Below are positions 30,567 to 38,110 of a DNA stretch of 64,000 nt, in pieces. This stretch comes from Candidatus Micrarchaeota archaeon (lineage in GTDB: Archaea; Micrarchaeota; Micrarchaeia; Anstonellales; Bilamarchaeaceae). Within the stretch, counting starts at the first letter, position 1, and each line of letters starts with the position of its first letter. The position numbers and the translations under genes were made by a program. Location: assembly GCA_964552755.1 (NCBI GenBank), contig CAZKHX010000002.1:4775-68774 (forward strand). Reading direction: 5' to 3'. The notes under the pieces were generated by a model that saw only the letters and a program-made list of their open reading frames with translations, ran no database searches and had not been told where the DNA came from.

Positions 30567-30615
30567 CAGTCGCTCCGCTTCAACCCGACAACAAGTTGTC
30601 AGTGCCCTAGGTACG
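30566..30615. repeat. Family-A short structured repeat, copy A1 (noncoding)
   Basis: TCAGTCGCTCC core (30566-30576), CAAC, hairpin GACAAC-aa-GTTGTC (30587-30600), AGTGCCC. Bracketed by the 11-nt direct repeat CTAAGGGTTTT at 30542-30552 and 30618-30628. Confidence 0.6.
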
Positions 30616-30618
30616 TCT

Positions 30619-30670
30619 AAGGGTTTTGCGCTGCTGCTTTTGCCCGCAGAAGACAGCGGGACAAAAGCGG
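30619..30670. repeat. Family-B structured repeat, copy B1 (abuts the tRNA-Ser 3' end)
   Basis: AAGGGTTTTGCGC, then hairpin GCTTTTGCCCGC (30636-30647) / GCGGGaCAAAAGC (30656-30668). About 79 percent identical to the reverse complement of 46118-46170 by hand alignment. Confidence 0.6.
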
Positions 30671-30672
30671 CA

Positions 30673-30756
30673 CGCCGGGGGAGAGATTTGAACTCCCAAG
30701 CCCTTGCGGACACGCGCTTTCCAGGCGCGCGCACTACCAGATTATGCGACCCCGGC
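30673..30756 (-). tRNA. tRNA-Ser (anticodon GGA)
   Basis: Hand-folded 84-nt cloverleaf. Acceptor GCCGGGG/CCCCGGC and D stem GCAT/GTGC with a GG loop. Anticodon stem CGCGC/GCGCG with loop CUGGAAA. Long variable arm (GTCC-GCAA-GGGC) and T arm GGGAG-TTCAAAT-CTCTC. Discriminator G; no encoded CCA. Confidence 0.9.
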
Positions 30757-30760
30757 TCGA

Positions 30761-30786
30761 GAAGCGGGGGAAGGGTCCCCCTCTTC
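30761..30786 (-). other. 10-bp hairpin between the cbf5 stop and the tRNA-Ser 5' end
   Basis: GAAGCGGGGG-aagggt-CCCCCTCTTC, 9 of 10 positions paired. Lies 4 nt upstream of the tRNA. Confidence 0.4.
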
Positions 30787-30846
30787 TACGTTACATCACC
30801 CCCTCTACAATAGGGAGTTAGAACATTATTCCGTCCGCTTTTCCTT

Positions 30847-31719
30847 TTATTCCTTTCGTTCGGGGTGGATTCTCTCGGTCTGCACAACTATGCCGCGCGC
30901 CTTCCCCTTTATTTCCGCGGCAGGGCAGAGCGCCCTCCCAACACCGATGAACTTCCCGTCCTCGGAATAAATCGCAACGGTTTCATCCGCCCTAATCTTT
31001 TCATCAACCGAAGCAACCCCCGGAGCGGCAAGCTGCGCGCCTGAAAGCAAATTCTCTTCAGCCTTCTTTTTCACCACTATTTTCCTGAAGCCAAGCAGTT
31101 CCCAGGGCCGGATTAGCATGCTGCGCAAATATTTCTCCTCCCCCCTCTCCTTCCATGCCCACACCGCATCGGAAAAGTCCTGCAGGGTAACCGCCTTGTC
31201 CTCGCCAATGCGCCCGACCGCCACGCGCCGGAGCTCCTCCATCCTCCCTCCGCCGACCTGCTTCCCAAGGCTTACGCAGAGGGTGCGGATGTACGTCCCT
31301 GCCTCAACGTCCGCGCGGAAGAGCACGAGCTTCCCCTCAACCTCGAGCGGCTCAAGGGAGTAGATGCGCCGCTCCCTCCACCTGCGCTTCACGGCGGACA
31401 TCTTGGGCGGGAGCTGCCTTATCTTCCCGGCAAATTTCGCAAAAAGCTCCTTTGCCTCATCAAGCGTGAGCTCTTTCCTGAACCGCGCAATTCCCATGTA
31501 CACTTTGCGCCTGCCCGCAACGTACTTCAGCATCTTGGTTGCGCGGCCAAGCGCAATGGGCAAAACGCCGGAAACGTTCGGGTCCAGGGTGCCGGCGTGG
31601 CCGCTGCGGGAGGCGCCGGAAATCCTGCGCACCCAGGCGCTCACCTCATGCGAAGTGGGCCCCTGGGGCTTGTCTATTATTATGAAAGAATCAGAAAGAA
31701 GCTCTTCCAGGCCGGTCAC
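30847..31719 (-). CDS. cbf5: tRNA/rRNA pseudouridine synthase Cbf5 (H/ACA RNP catalytic subunit)
   Basis: IIIDKPQGPTSHEV, GHAGTLDPNVSGVLPIALGRATK (TruB catalytic Asp), C-terminal PUA-like region. GTG start overlaps the rpl14e stop (GTGA). Confidence 0.9.
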   Translation of the reverse strand: MTGLEELLSDSFIIIDKPQGPTSHEVSAWVRRISGASRSGHAGTLDPNVSGVLPIALGRATKMLKYVAGRRKVYMGIARFRKELTLDEAKELFAKFAGKIRQLPPKMSAVKRRWRERRIYSLEPLEVEGKLVLFRADVEAGTYIRTLCVSLGKQVGGGRMEELRRVAVGRIGEDKAVTLQDFSDAVWAWKERGEEKYLRSMLIRPWELLGFRKIVVKKKAEENLLSGAQLAAPGVASVDEKIRADETVAIYSEDGKFIGVGRALCPAAEIKGKARGIVVQTERIHPERKE

Positions 31720-31883
31720 TTGCTCACTGGCTCGAGGTGCCTGATGTTCGCGCGCTTTTCCTTGCCCTTCTCGCCTTTCACCATCACGAAATTCCCGTCA
31801 AGCACCTTGGTAATGGTAACCTTCTCGCCCGAACCCTTGCCGAACTTCAATATGCAGACCCTGCCTTCCTCAATTGCCGCCAT
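31716..31883 (-). CDS. rpl14e: 50S ribosomal protein L14e (eL14), short form (55 aa)
   Basis: MAAIEEGRVCILKFGKGSGEKVTITKVLDGNFVMVKGEKGKEKRANIRHLEPVSK*. KOW-like GRVC...NFV...RHLEP pattern. GGTGA 6 nt upstream. Canonical cmk-rpl14e-cbf5 position. Missed by the ORF track. Confidence 0.75.
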   Translation of the reverse strand: MAAIEEGRVCILKFGKGSGEKVTITKVLDGNFVMVKGEKGKEKRANIRHLEPVSK

Positions 31884-31889
31884 GGTAAT

Positions 31890-32405
31890 TCACCTTTTCT
31901 TATGCTCTATCGCATGCATCGCAATGTCGACCATCTGCTCGGGCTTGTAGGAAGCCGAGCTCAATGCAATGTCGAAATTGCTCGTGTCATGAATGTCAAT
32001 CCCGTACACTTTCCTGTACCTCTCTCGGTTCTGCGCATCCCTCTCCCGGATGTGCTGTGCCGCCTCCTCAACGGATTTCCCGTCGCGGGCCGCAAGCCTC
32101 TCTGCGCGCACCTTCTGCGGCGCGAATACGAGCACCTTCACGTCCGCATCTACCATCCACGGGCCGAGCCACGTGGTGACAACGCAGTCGCCGCCCTTTG
32201 CCTGCCCCTTCAGCTCCTCATCGAACTTCTTGTCGATCTCCGGGTCCTTTGCGGCCTTCTCCTGGAATTCCATCAGCGAAACCCCCTCCTTTTCCGCAAG
32301 GTCCTTGAAGGTGGGGCACACCACGCGGTAGCCCAGCTTCTCCGCAAGGGCTTTCCCGAACGTGTTCTTCCCGCTGCCCGCAAGGCCGGAGACCGCGATT
32401 ATCAT
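31890..32405 (-). CDS. cmk: Cytidylate kinase, archaeal type
   Basis: MIIAVSGLAGSGKNTFGKALAEKLGY P-loop start. ATG 32405 overlaps the rpl34e stop. The ORF-track start 32609 is an extension through rpl34e. Confidence 0.85.
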   Translation of the reverse strand: MIIAVSGLAGSGKNTFGKALAEKLGYRVVCPTFKDLAEKEGVSLMEFQEKAAKDPEIDKKFDEELKGQAKGGDCVVTTWLGPWMVDADVKVLVFAPQKVRAERLAARDGKSVEEAAQHIRERDAQNRERYRKVYGIDIHDTSNFDIALSSASYKPEQMVDIAMHAIEHKKR

Positions 32406-32719
32406 CAGAGGATGCCCTCCACGTGCTTGCGCAGGATGATGTCGACCTCTTCCATGCTCTTTGTCTTTTCGCGAACGCGCTGCGCCTCCTTCATCACGCG
32501 GGCGCCGCACTTTGCGCAGAGGTTGCCGCCGAACTTGCGGGTCGGCTTCTTCGCGCTCTTTGCGCCTTTCTGCTGCACTGCCTGCAGCTTTGCGCCGCAA
32601 ATCGCGCACTTGGTGGCCGAGGTCCTGGTCCTTCTCTTGTACCGGATCCTGCTCGTTCCTGAAGGAACCCTCCTCTTGAGCTTCCTTACCGAGCTTGACC
32701 TGTTCTTCCGTGTCGTCAT
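32405..32719 (-). CDS. rpl34e: 50S ribosomal protein L34e (eL34)
   Basis: MTTRKNRSSSVRKLKRRVPSGTSRIRYKRR...CAICGAKL...CAKCG zinc-ribbon pattern of eL34. Start trimmed from ORF-track 32800. Confidence 0.85.
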   Translation of the reverse strand: MTTRKNRSSSVRKLKRRVPSGTSRIRYKRRTRTSATKCAICGAKLQAVQQKGAKSAKKPTRKFGGNLCAKCGARVMKEAQRVREKTKSMEEVDIILRKHVEGIL

Positions 32720-32724
32720 TGGAA

Positions 32725-33501
32725 TCAACCTTTTTTCATTACCTTCCCGTATATGAGACTGATTGCCAGGGAAGATATTATAGATATGAGTATGAACCAC
32801 CAGTATGGCTCGTGTATCACGGTCACGTTGAATATCGGGATGGTAAATGGCAATTCAACCATGAACCACGTGCCCGAGTTCGCGGTGCCCACCACGCGGT
32901 CAACGCCCGCGGGCGCGCTTGCGCAGACAGTTGCGGCTTCGCCCTCCTGGTAAACTTCCTTGCCTGCCCAGACTGGGAATGCCTCGCCCTTGGGCATGGT
33001 GTAGGGCCTCAGCCCAGCCTTTTCTCCCAAATAGAATATGGTTCCGTTCTGGCCCTTTTCCCCGCCCCCGGAGAAAGATTTGACGGTCATCATCCAAGGC
33101 CCCGGGTTGCCGGAAGCGGTGAAGTCGCCGCACCAGGTCCCGCCCCCGGAATCTGCGAACTCAACGGTGATGTCGTCTGCGGTGTTCGGGTCCAGCGCGC
33201 CCACGGCCCACATGAATATCAGGAACACCCCGATGATTACTGCCATGGTCTTGAACTGGCCCATTAGGAGCGGGTTGAATTCCTTCATCAGCTCCTGCTG
33301 GCGCTTGGAAACCTCTTCAATGCGTTTCTCGTTGCGGGACTTCATCGCCTCCATGTACTCCTTGTTAACCGCGTTCATCTGCTTCTGGAGGGCCTTCATC
33401 TTCTTCTGGTTGCCCACCCTGAACTGGATGAAGCGCGTGATGAGCGCGTATATGATGGCAAGCCCTGCCACAATCAATATGAATTCCGTGGATATGTTCA
33501 T
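32725..33501 (-). CDS. DUF106/EMC3-like (archaeal Oxa1/YidC-superfamily) membrane protein with about 110-aa extracytoplasmic insert
   Basis: TM1 then coiled KKMKALQKQMNAVNKEYMEAMKSRNEKRIEEVSKRQQELMKEF then TM2, as in DUF106. Canonical position between adk and rpl34e. Confidence 0.6.
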   Translation of the reverse strand: MNISTEFILIVAGLAIIYALITRFIQFRVGNQKKMKALQKQMNAVNKEYMEAMKSRNEKRIEEVSKRQQELMKEFNPLLMGQFKTMAVIIGVFLIFMWAVGALDPNTADDITVEFADSGGGTWCGDFTASGNPGPWMMTVKSFSGGGEKGQNGTIFYLGEKAGLRPYTMPKGEAFPVWAGKEVYQEGEAATVCASAPAGVDRVVGTANSGTWFMVELPFTIPIFNVTVIHEPYWWFILISIISSLAISLIYGKVMKKG

Positions 33502-33505
33502 CGGT

Positions 33506-34039
33506 TCACTCCAATACGGACCGCAGCTCCGCGGCCGCTTCCTCTATTTTCCCGTCCCTGTTGTAGATTATTTTCGCGGGCACCCCGCGGTGCGCGGCAT
33601 ATGCCGCAAGGAAGGCCTTGTTCATGAAGTCATGCTCCTTTATGCCCTCAATGTCCGCCTTGCGCACCCGGCTGGGGTCGCCCTCCCTCCTCGCCTTTAT
33701 CTCGTCCGGGGCTGCGGTGATGAGCACGACTGCCTCCACCGTGAGCTTCTCGAGCAGCGAGAACGGGAGCCCGGGCAGGTACCCCTTCGGGGTTTCAACC
33801 GAACAGTGCGTGTCCAGTATCACTTTCCCCTGCATTTCGGAAAGCTTTTTCGCGACCTCTTCCTGCACCGCCTTCTGGTCCGCAACCGGCAGGTTGCGCA
33901 TCTGGTCGCGGTTCTCCAGCCCGAATTTGCCCTGCGCAATCCCGAACATCAGCGTGCCGTAGTTAACTACTTCATAGCTTCCTGCCTTCGCAAGGACGGT
34001 GCTTTTCCCGGCCCCGGGAAGCCCCATCACTATTATCAT
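33506..34039 (-). CDS. adkA: Adenylate kinase, archaeal type
   Basis: MIIVMGLPGAGKSTVL P-loop. Canonical position after secY. ATGA overlap with the secY stop. Confidence 0.85.
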   Translation of the reverse strand: MIIVMGLPGAGKSTVLAKAGSYEVVNYGTLMFGIAQGKFGLENRDQMRNLPVADQKAVQEEVAKKLSEMQGKVILDTHCSVETPKGYLPGLPFSLLEKLTVEAVVLITAAPDEIKARREGDPSRVRKADIEGIKEHDFMNKAFLAAYAAHRGVPAKIIYNRDGKIEEAAAELRSVLE

Positions 34040-35457
34040 TCCATCAGCCTCCCGAGGAGCGGCGCCGCCTCGAGCATCCTCTGCTGCTTGAGCTGCTGGT
34101 AGGTCCTGTTGAAGATGCCCACGCTGAGCAGTATGCCCGTGCCGGTCCCGAGCGCTCCCGTAAGGTCCGCAAGCCCGGCAAGCATCCCCACAAGGAAGCT
34201 GCCCAGTATGATCAGCGGCGGTATGTACTTGTTCAGTATCTTTTCAAGCATGCGCGGGTCCCTCCTCCAGCCAGGTATCTGCATGCCGCTTTTCAGCAGC
34301 TGGTCGGTCATGCCCTTTGTGTCCATGTTGGATGTCTCTGCCCAGAAAATGCCGAACAGAACCGAAACGACGGACAGGAACAGTATATATGTAATGGCAT
34401 GCACCCATTCAGGGATGCCGAATATGGGCGTGACGCCGTTCGCGAGGAAGTTTATCTGCGCCATCACGTTCGTCCCGCCGTAAATCGGGGTGAAGAAGTA
34501 AAGCAGGCCGTCCCTGAGCTGGTTGGTGGAGTCCACATACCCTATGAGGTCCACTATGTTGAAGTCGCCGACCATGAGGGTCTGCCCCGCGAGCCCCGCA
34601 GAGAACAATTGTATGTTCAATAGCAGCGCGCTCGCGAAAATCACCGGTATGTTCGAAAGGTAGAACAGCGGGGGCGAGAACTTCGGCACCACGCCCCTGG
34701 CCATCTGGTAGGAAATGGGGATGTCCACCTTCATGCCTTCCCCGTAGGCGACCGCAAGGAAAACAAGTATTGTGAAGATGAGCGGCAGCAGCACGAGCAG
34801 CGCATTCGGTATCGCTTCCGCGCCTCCCCCTGCCATCACGCCGGCCACTCCGGTCTCGCCGAACAGCAGGCCCATCGCGCCCCCGACTATGGAGAACGAG
34901 ACGCCCGCGGCAATGAAGAGCGAAATGCCGCTCCCAATCCCGTACTTGGTTACGGTTTCGTCAAGGTACAATACTATTATGGAACCGAGCGTAATCTGGA
35001 TTATCACGAGCGCGGACGCAAGCCCCGGGTCAAGCCCGCCTGCGAGCAGCACCCTGCCGGTGAAAACGAATATCGACGCCTCAACAAGCGCAATCACGAT
35101 TGCAAGGACCTTCTGCACTTCCTGGAATTTTTTCTTCTGGGAAGGGTCTTTCGGGTCCAGCCCGAGCAGGCCGGCGCCAGCGAAAAGCTGAAGGAATATG
35201 CTCGCCAACACGATGGGCCCGATGGAAGTCGTAAGCAGGCTGCCGATGCGTGAAGCGGTAATCATCTGGAGGAAGTCGAACTGGCCCCCTCCCGAATCCA
35301 CCGCGCCGAAACACGTGATGTTGTACATCACGAAGAAAATCAGCAGCGCGGCTCCGGTCCAGATGAACTTTTCCTTCACGCTCGGGATTCTGTCAGGCGC
35401 CTTTATCTCTGGAAGCTGTGCTGATATGCCTGAAATAAAGTCAATTATCGCACCCAT
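34036..35457 (-). CDS. secY: Preprotein translocase subunit SecY
   Basis: Ten-TM profile, LPEIKAPDRIPSVKEKFIWT, GIGSGISLFIAAG. ATG 35457 preferred; ORF-track GTG 35466 is the alternative. Confidence 0.93.
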   Translation of the reverse strand: MGAIIDFISGISAQLPEIKAPDRIPSVKEKFIWTGAALLIFFVMYNITCFGAVDSGGGQFDFLQMITASRIGSLLTTSIGPIVLASIFLQLFAGAGLLGLDPKDPSQKKKFQEVQKVLAIVIALVEASIFVFTGRVLLAGGLDPGLASALVIIQITLGSIIVLYLDETVTKYGIGSGISLFIAAGVSFSIVGGAMGLLFGETGVAGVMAGGGAEAIPNALLVLLPLIFTILVFLAVAYGEGMKVDIPISYQMARGVVPKFSPPLFYLSNIPVIFASALLLNIQLFSAGLAGQTLMVGDFNIVDLIGYVDSTNQLRDGLLYFFTPIYGGTNVMAQINFLANGVTPIFGIPEWVHAITYILFLSVVSVLFGIFWAETSNMDTKGMTDQLLKSGMQIPGWRRDPRMLEKILNKYIPPLIILGSFLVGMLAGLADLTGALGTGTGILLSVGIFNRTYQQLKQQRMLEAAPLLGRLME

Positions 35458-35462
35458 AAGCC

Positions 35463-35876
35463 TCACTCTAGTTTCGCAATCTCGCCCCCAGCCTTCTTAA
35501 TCTTTTCCTCGGCCTTTTTGCTCCAGGCAAATGCCTTGAGCGAGAGGGCGTGCCTGAGCTCTCCTGTGCCCAGCACCTTGCCCCTGAACTCAAATGCATA
35601 CCTTTCCCCGCTTGCCTTGAGCTTCCCCTTTTCCGCCATGGAATTCAATTCGTAGAGGTTGATTGCCGGCGCGCGCTTTGCGTTCCTGCGGGCAAAGCCC
35701 GGCACCCCGAAATGGCCCGGGTCGTATCTTGTAATCCAGGTGAACTTGTGCTTGCTTAGGCCGGCACCGCCTACGCCTCCCTTGCAGCCCGCGCCCCTCT
35801 TGTTCTTGACGTTCCCGTAGCCGCAGCGCCTTGTCCCCCTCTTGGAATGAATCTTTTTCCTGGTCCTGCCCGGCAT
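35463..35876 (-). CDS. rpl15: 50S ribosomal protein L15 (uL15)
   Basis: KRGTRRCGYGNVKNKRGAGCKGGVGGAG. Operon position. Confidence 0.9.
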   Translation of the reverse strand: MPGRTRKKIHSKRGTRRCGYGNVKNKRGAGCKGGVGGAGLSKHKFTWITRYDPGHFGVPGFARRNAKRAPAINLYELNSMAEKGKLKASGERYAFEFRGKVLGTGELRHALSLKAFAWSKKAEEKIKKAGGEIAKLE

Positions 35877-36311
35877 CTACATCATCCTCCTTATGAGGGA
35901 ATCCATCTCATCCCTTTTCCCGAGCTCGCCGCCGTCCCCAAAGGGCTTCTTTATGTCCCTGTAGCCCTTGCGGGGCGGGTGCAGCCTGAACACAGGGTCG
36001 GCGAAGTTCTTCACGCTCTCCCCGTGCATTATCTTGTTCGCGGCCTCCTTTATCTCCGCACCCTCCATCACGTCGCGAAGCATCTTCCCGCCGCGCTCCC
36101 CCCTCTTCTTAAGGAGCCCCTCCACGGTGGCGCCATCCACCGCGCCGTATGCAACGTAGTCCTTGCATTTCTGGAGCATCCCGAGGTTCTGGGGAGTGTC
36201 CTCAACGAGCACGCAGTGGTTCGCCCTGTTGAGGTTCATCATATTCATCGTGTCCGTTATGTCCGGGGCAAGCTTCCGCCTCCCCCTTATCCTTACTGCT
36301 GCAATCTTCAT
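35877..36311 (-). CDS. rpl30: 50S ribosomal protein L30 (uL30)
   Basis: MKIAAVRIRGRRKLAPDITDTMNMMNLNRANH. Operon position. Confidence 0.9.
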   Translation of the reverse strand: MKIAAVRIRGRRKLAPDITDTMNMMNLNRANHCVLVEDTPQNLGMLQKCKDYVAYGAVDGATVEGLLKKRGERGGKMLRDVMEGAEIKEAANKIMHGESVKNFADPVFRLHPPRKGYRDIKKPFGDGGELGKRDEMDSLIRRMM

Positions 36312-36976
36312 GCCTTCTCACCCGGCTGCGGCTTCTTGGTATTCAGCGAATCCAGCGCCGCTATCGTGGCCATTGCCATGTTGTAGATGTTGGAGGTCCC
36401 GCCCGTGGTCGTGCTCCACACGTCCTTCACCCCCGCCATGCCGAGGACCTTCTTCACCACGTCGTTCGCGGCGAGGCCAAGGCCCTTTGGCGCGGGCTTT
36501 ATCGTTATGCTGGTGCTCCCGTACTTCCCTTCAACCCTTTGGGGGAGGGAGTGCTGCTGGCTGCACTTGCATTCCCAGCTGCCGCACCCCATGACCGCGG
36601 AAACCATGCGCTTGCGCGCGTCCAGCAATGAAGCATCTATGGCAGGCTTAACCTCTTCGCTCTTGCCCACCCCGATTCCCACGTGGCCCTTCCTGTCCCC
36701 TAGGACGGTGATTACGCGGAAGGAGATTTTCCTTCCGGAGTCCGTTGTCCTCTGGGTTGGGCTGATTGAGAGCGTCTCCGCCTCAAGCTCAGGGAGCAGG
36801 GCATCGATTATCTCCGGCTCCAGTATGGGCTTTCCCAGGTCCTTTATCTGCTCAAGGGTGGTGATTTCCTTGTTCTTCACCATCCTTCCCAATGCTGTTT
36901 TTGGGGTCCAGGCCTCAATCTCGAGCGGCTTTATCTTTTCAGCCCCTCTCTGCCTGCCCCGCATTCTCCTTCCCAT
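36308..36976 (-). CDS. rps5: 30S ribosomal protein S5 (uS5)
   Basis: FRVITVLGDRKGHVGIGVGKSEEVKPAI, GLGLAANDVVKKVLGMAGVKDVW. Confidence 0.92.
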   Translation of the reverse strand: MGRRMRGRQRGAEKIKPLEIEAWTPKTALGRMVKNKEITTLEQIKDLGKPILEPEIIDALLPELEAETLSISPTQRTTDSGRKISFRVITVLGDRKGHVGIGVGKSEEVKPAIDASLLDARKRMVSAVMGCGSWECKCSQQHSLPQRVEGKYGSTSITIKPAPKGLGLAANDVVKKVLGMAGVKDVWSTTTGGTSNIYNMAMATIAALDSLNTKKPQPGEKA

Positions 36977-36980
36977 AGCA

Positions 36981-37556
36981 TCATGCCTCCTTCAGGATTG
37001 CCTCCTTGGCCTTGCCGAAGAGCTTTATGAACTCCTTCGGGTCAAATCCCTCCTTTTCATACGATGAAAACTTCTTCTTGAAATCTTCCGCGCTCAGGGA
37101 CTTTGCATATTCCTCGATGTGCGCGCCAGTGATGCGGCCCTCGTCAACCATGCCCTTGCCCTGCGGGCTCTCCAGCCCGCCGTCAATCGCGCCCTTCTGC
37201 GCCGCGAACGGCAGCGCGTTCCTGACAGGCGCCTTGAGCCCCATGTCCAGCACGAAGCCCTTCACGCCCTTCTTCTTCGCGAGCGCTGCGGCGTACATCC
37301 CAGTGAGGTATGCAGTAGGCACGTTTGCGCGCGGCGCCCAGCCGAATTTCTTCAGCGCCCCTGAGCTTGCTGCGGCAAGCGTCCTGTCGCCCGTGTCGCT
37401 GTACTCCACGAACTGCACGATTACTTCCTTCCCGTAGCGCACAACCATGCGCGGGAGGCCGCCCTTCACGAGCCTGAGCCTCTTCTCGTAGTCCGTCCTG
37501 TTTTCCCGCCTCCTGCGGAAAGCAACCCTGTATGTCGGGCCTGTTGCCTTTGCCAT
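36981..37556 (-). CDS. rpl18: 50S ribosomal protein L18 (uL18)
   Basis: MAKATGPTYRVAFRRRRENRTDYEKRL. ATG 37556 lies 4 nt after GAAGTGAT. ORF-track GTG 37565 overlaps the rpl19e stop. Confidence 0.9.
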   Translation of the reverse strand: MAKATGPTYRVAFRRRRENRTDYEKRLRLVKGGLPRMVVRYGKEVIVQFVEYSDTGDRTLAAASSGALKKFGWAPRANVPTAYLTGMYAAALAKKKGVKGFVLDMGLKAPVRNALPFAAQKGAIDGGLESPQGKGMVDEGRITGAHIEEYAKSLSAEDFKKKFSSYEKEGFDPKEFIKLFGKAKEAILKEA

Positions 37557-37561
37557 TATAA

Positions 37562-38110
37562 TCACTTCTCCTTCTTCACTCGCCCTTTGGGCTCAGCCGC
37601 CTTCAGTCGCTCCCGCCCCAACAGGACAGCTTCGCTGTCCTTCGGCTCCAACGCGCCAGGCCGCTGTCGCTCAGCTGCCTTCCCCTCCACTTCCCTGAGC
37701 ATTCCGTTGTCCTCAAGGTAGGTGTGGAGGGCCTTCTTCCCCCTGAAGGAGCCGCCTTTCACCTTCAGGTACATGAACCTCCTGTCCTCAGGGCCGATTT
37801 CGCCCTTCTTCGCGAGATCTTCGAGGTACTTCCTCTGCGCGCGCACCTTCTCCATCCAGGCCTCCTTCTTTGGCTTCCTGGAATGCTTGGTGCCCTTCCT
37901 GCTCCCGCGGGAGCGCTTCCTCCCCGCCGGCTTCTTGCGGGGGCCCTTCTTCGGCAGCGCGTAGACCGCGCCGTCCGCAATCAGCCCGCGCACGTCCTCG
38001 CGCGTGAGCGCTTCCTCTGCGCGGCCGAGCTCCCCTTCCTTTATGCGCACCCTGCTCTCGCCAATCCCGAGCAGGTCCGCTGCAAGCCTTTTCACCGTCT
38101 TGGCGGTCAT
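37562..38110 (-). CDS. rpl19e: 50S ribosomal protein L19e (eL19) whose C-terminal tail includes repeat copy A2
   Basis: KRLAADLLGIGESRVRI..., RKGTKHSRKPKKEAWMEKVRAQRKYL. Tail ...AERQRPGALEPKDSEAVLLGRERLKAAEPKGRVKKEK. Confidence 0.9.
   Translation of the reverse strand: MTAKTVKRLAADLLGIGESRVRIKEGELGRAEEALTREDVRGLIADGAVYALPKKGPRKKPAGRKRSRGSRKGTKHSRKPKKEAWMEKVRAQRKYLEDLAKKGEIGPEDRRFMYLKVKGGSFRGKKALHTYLEDNGMLREVEGKAAERQRPGALEPKDSEAVLLGRERLKAAEPKGRVKKEK
37591..37703. repeat. Family-A repeat, copy A2 (in frame inside rpl19e)
   Basis: 37598-37675 matches 43163-43240 at 75 of 78 positions without gaps. Core TCAGTCGCTCC at 37603-37613. Hairpin GGACAGC-ttc-GCTGTCC at 37624-37640. Confidence 0.8.

Noticed and set aside
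30566-30615. Reading the family-A repeats as box C/D or H/ACA sRNAs, because the minus strand ends in GGAGCGACUGA.
   Set aside because: No C box (RUGAUGA) at a suitable distance in any copy, and no ACA or H box. The CUGA alone is not diagnostic.
30249-30734. 161-aa minus-strand ORF covering the tRNA-Ser and repeat region.
   Set aside because: It overlaps a well-folded tRNA and the repeats, and its sequence has no coding character.
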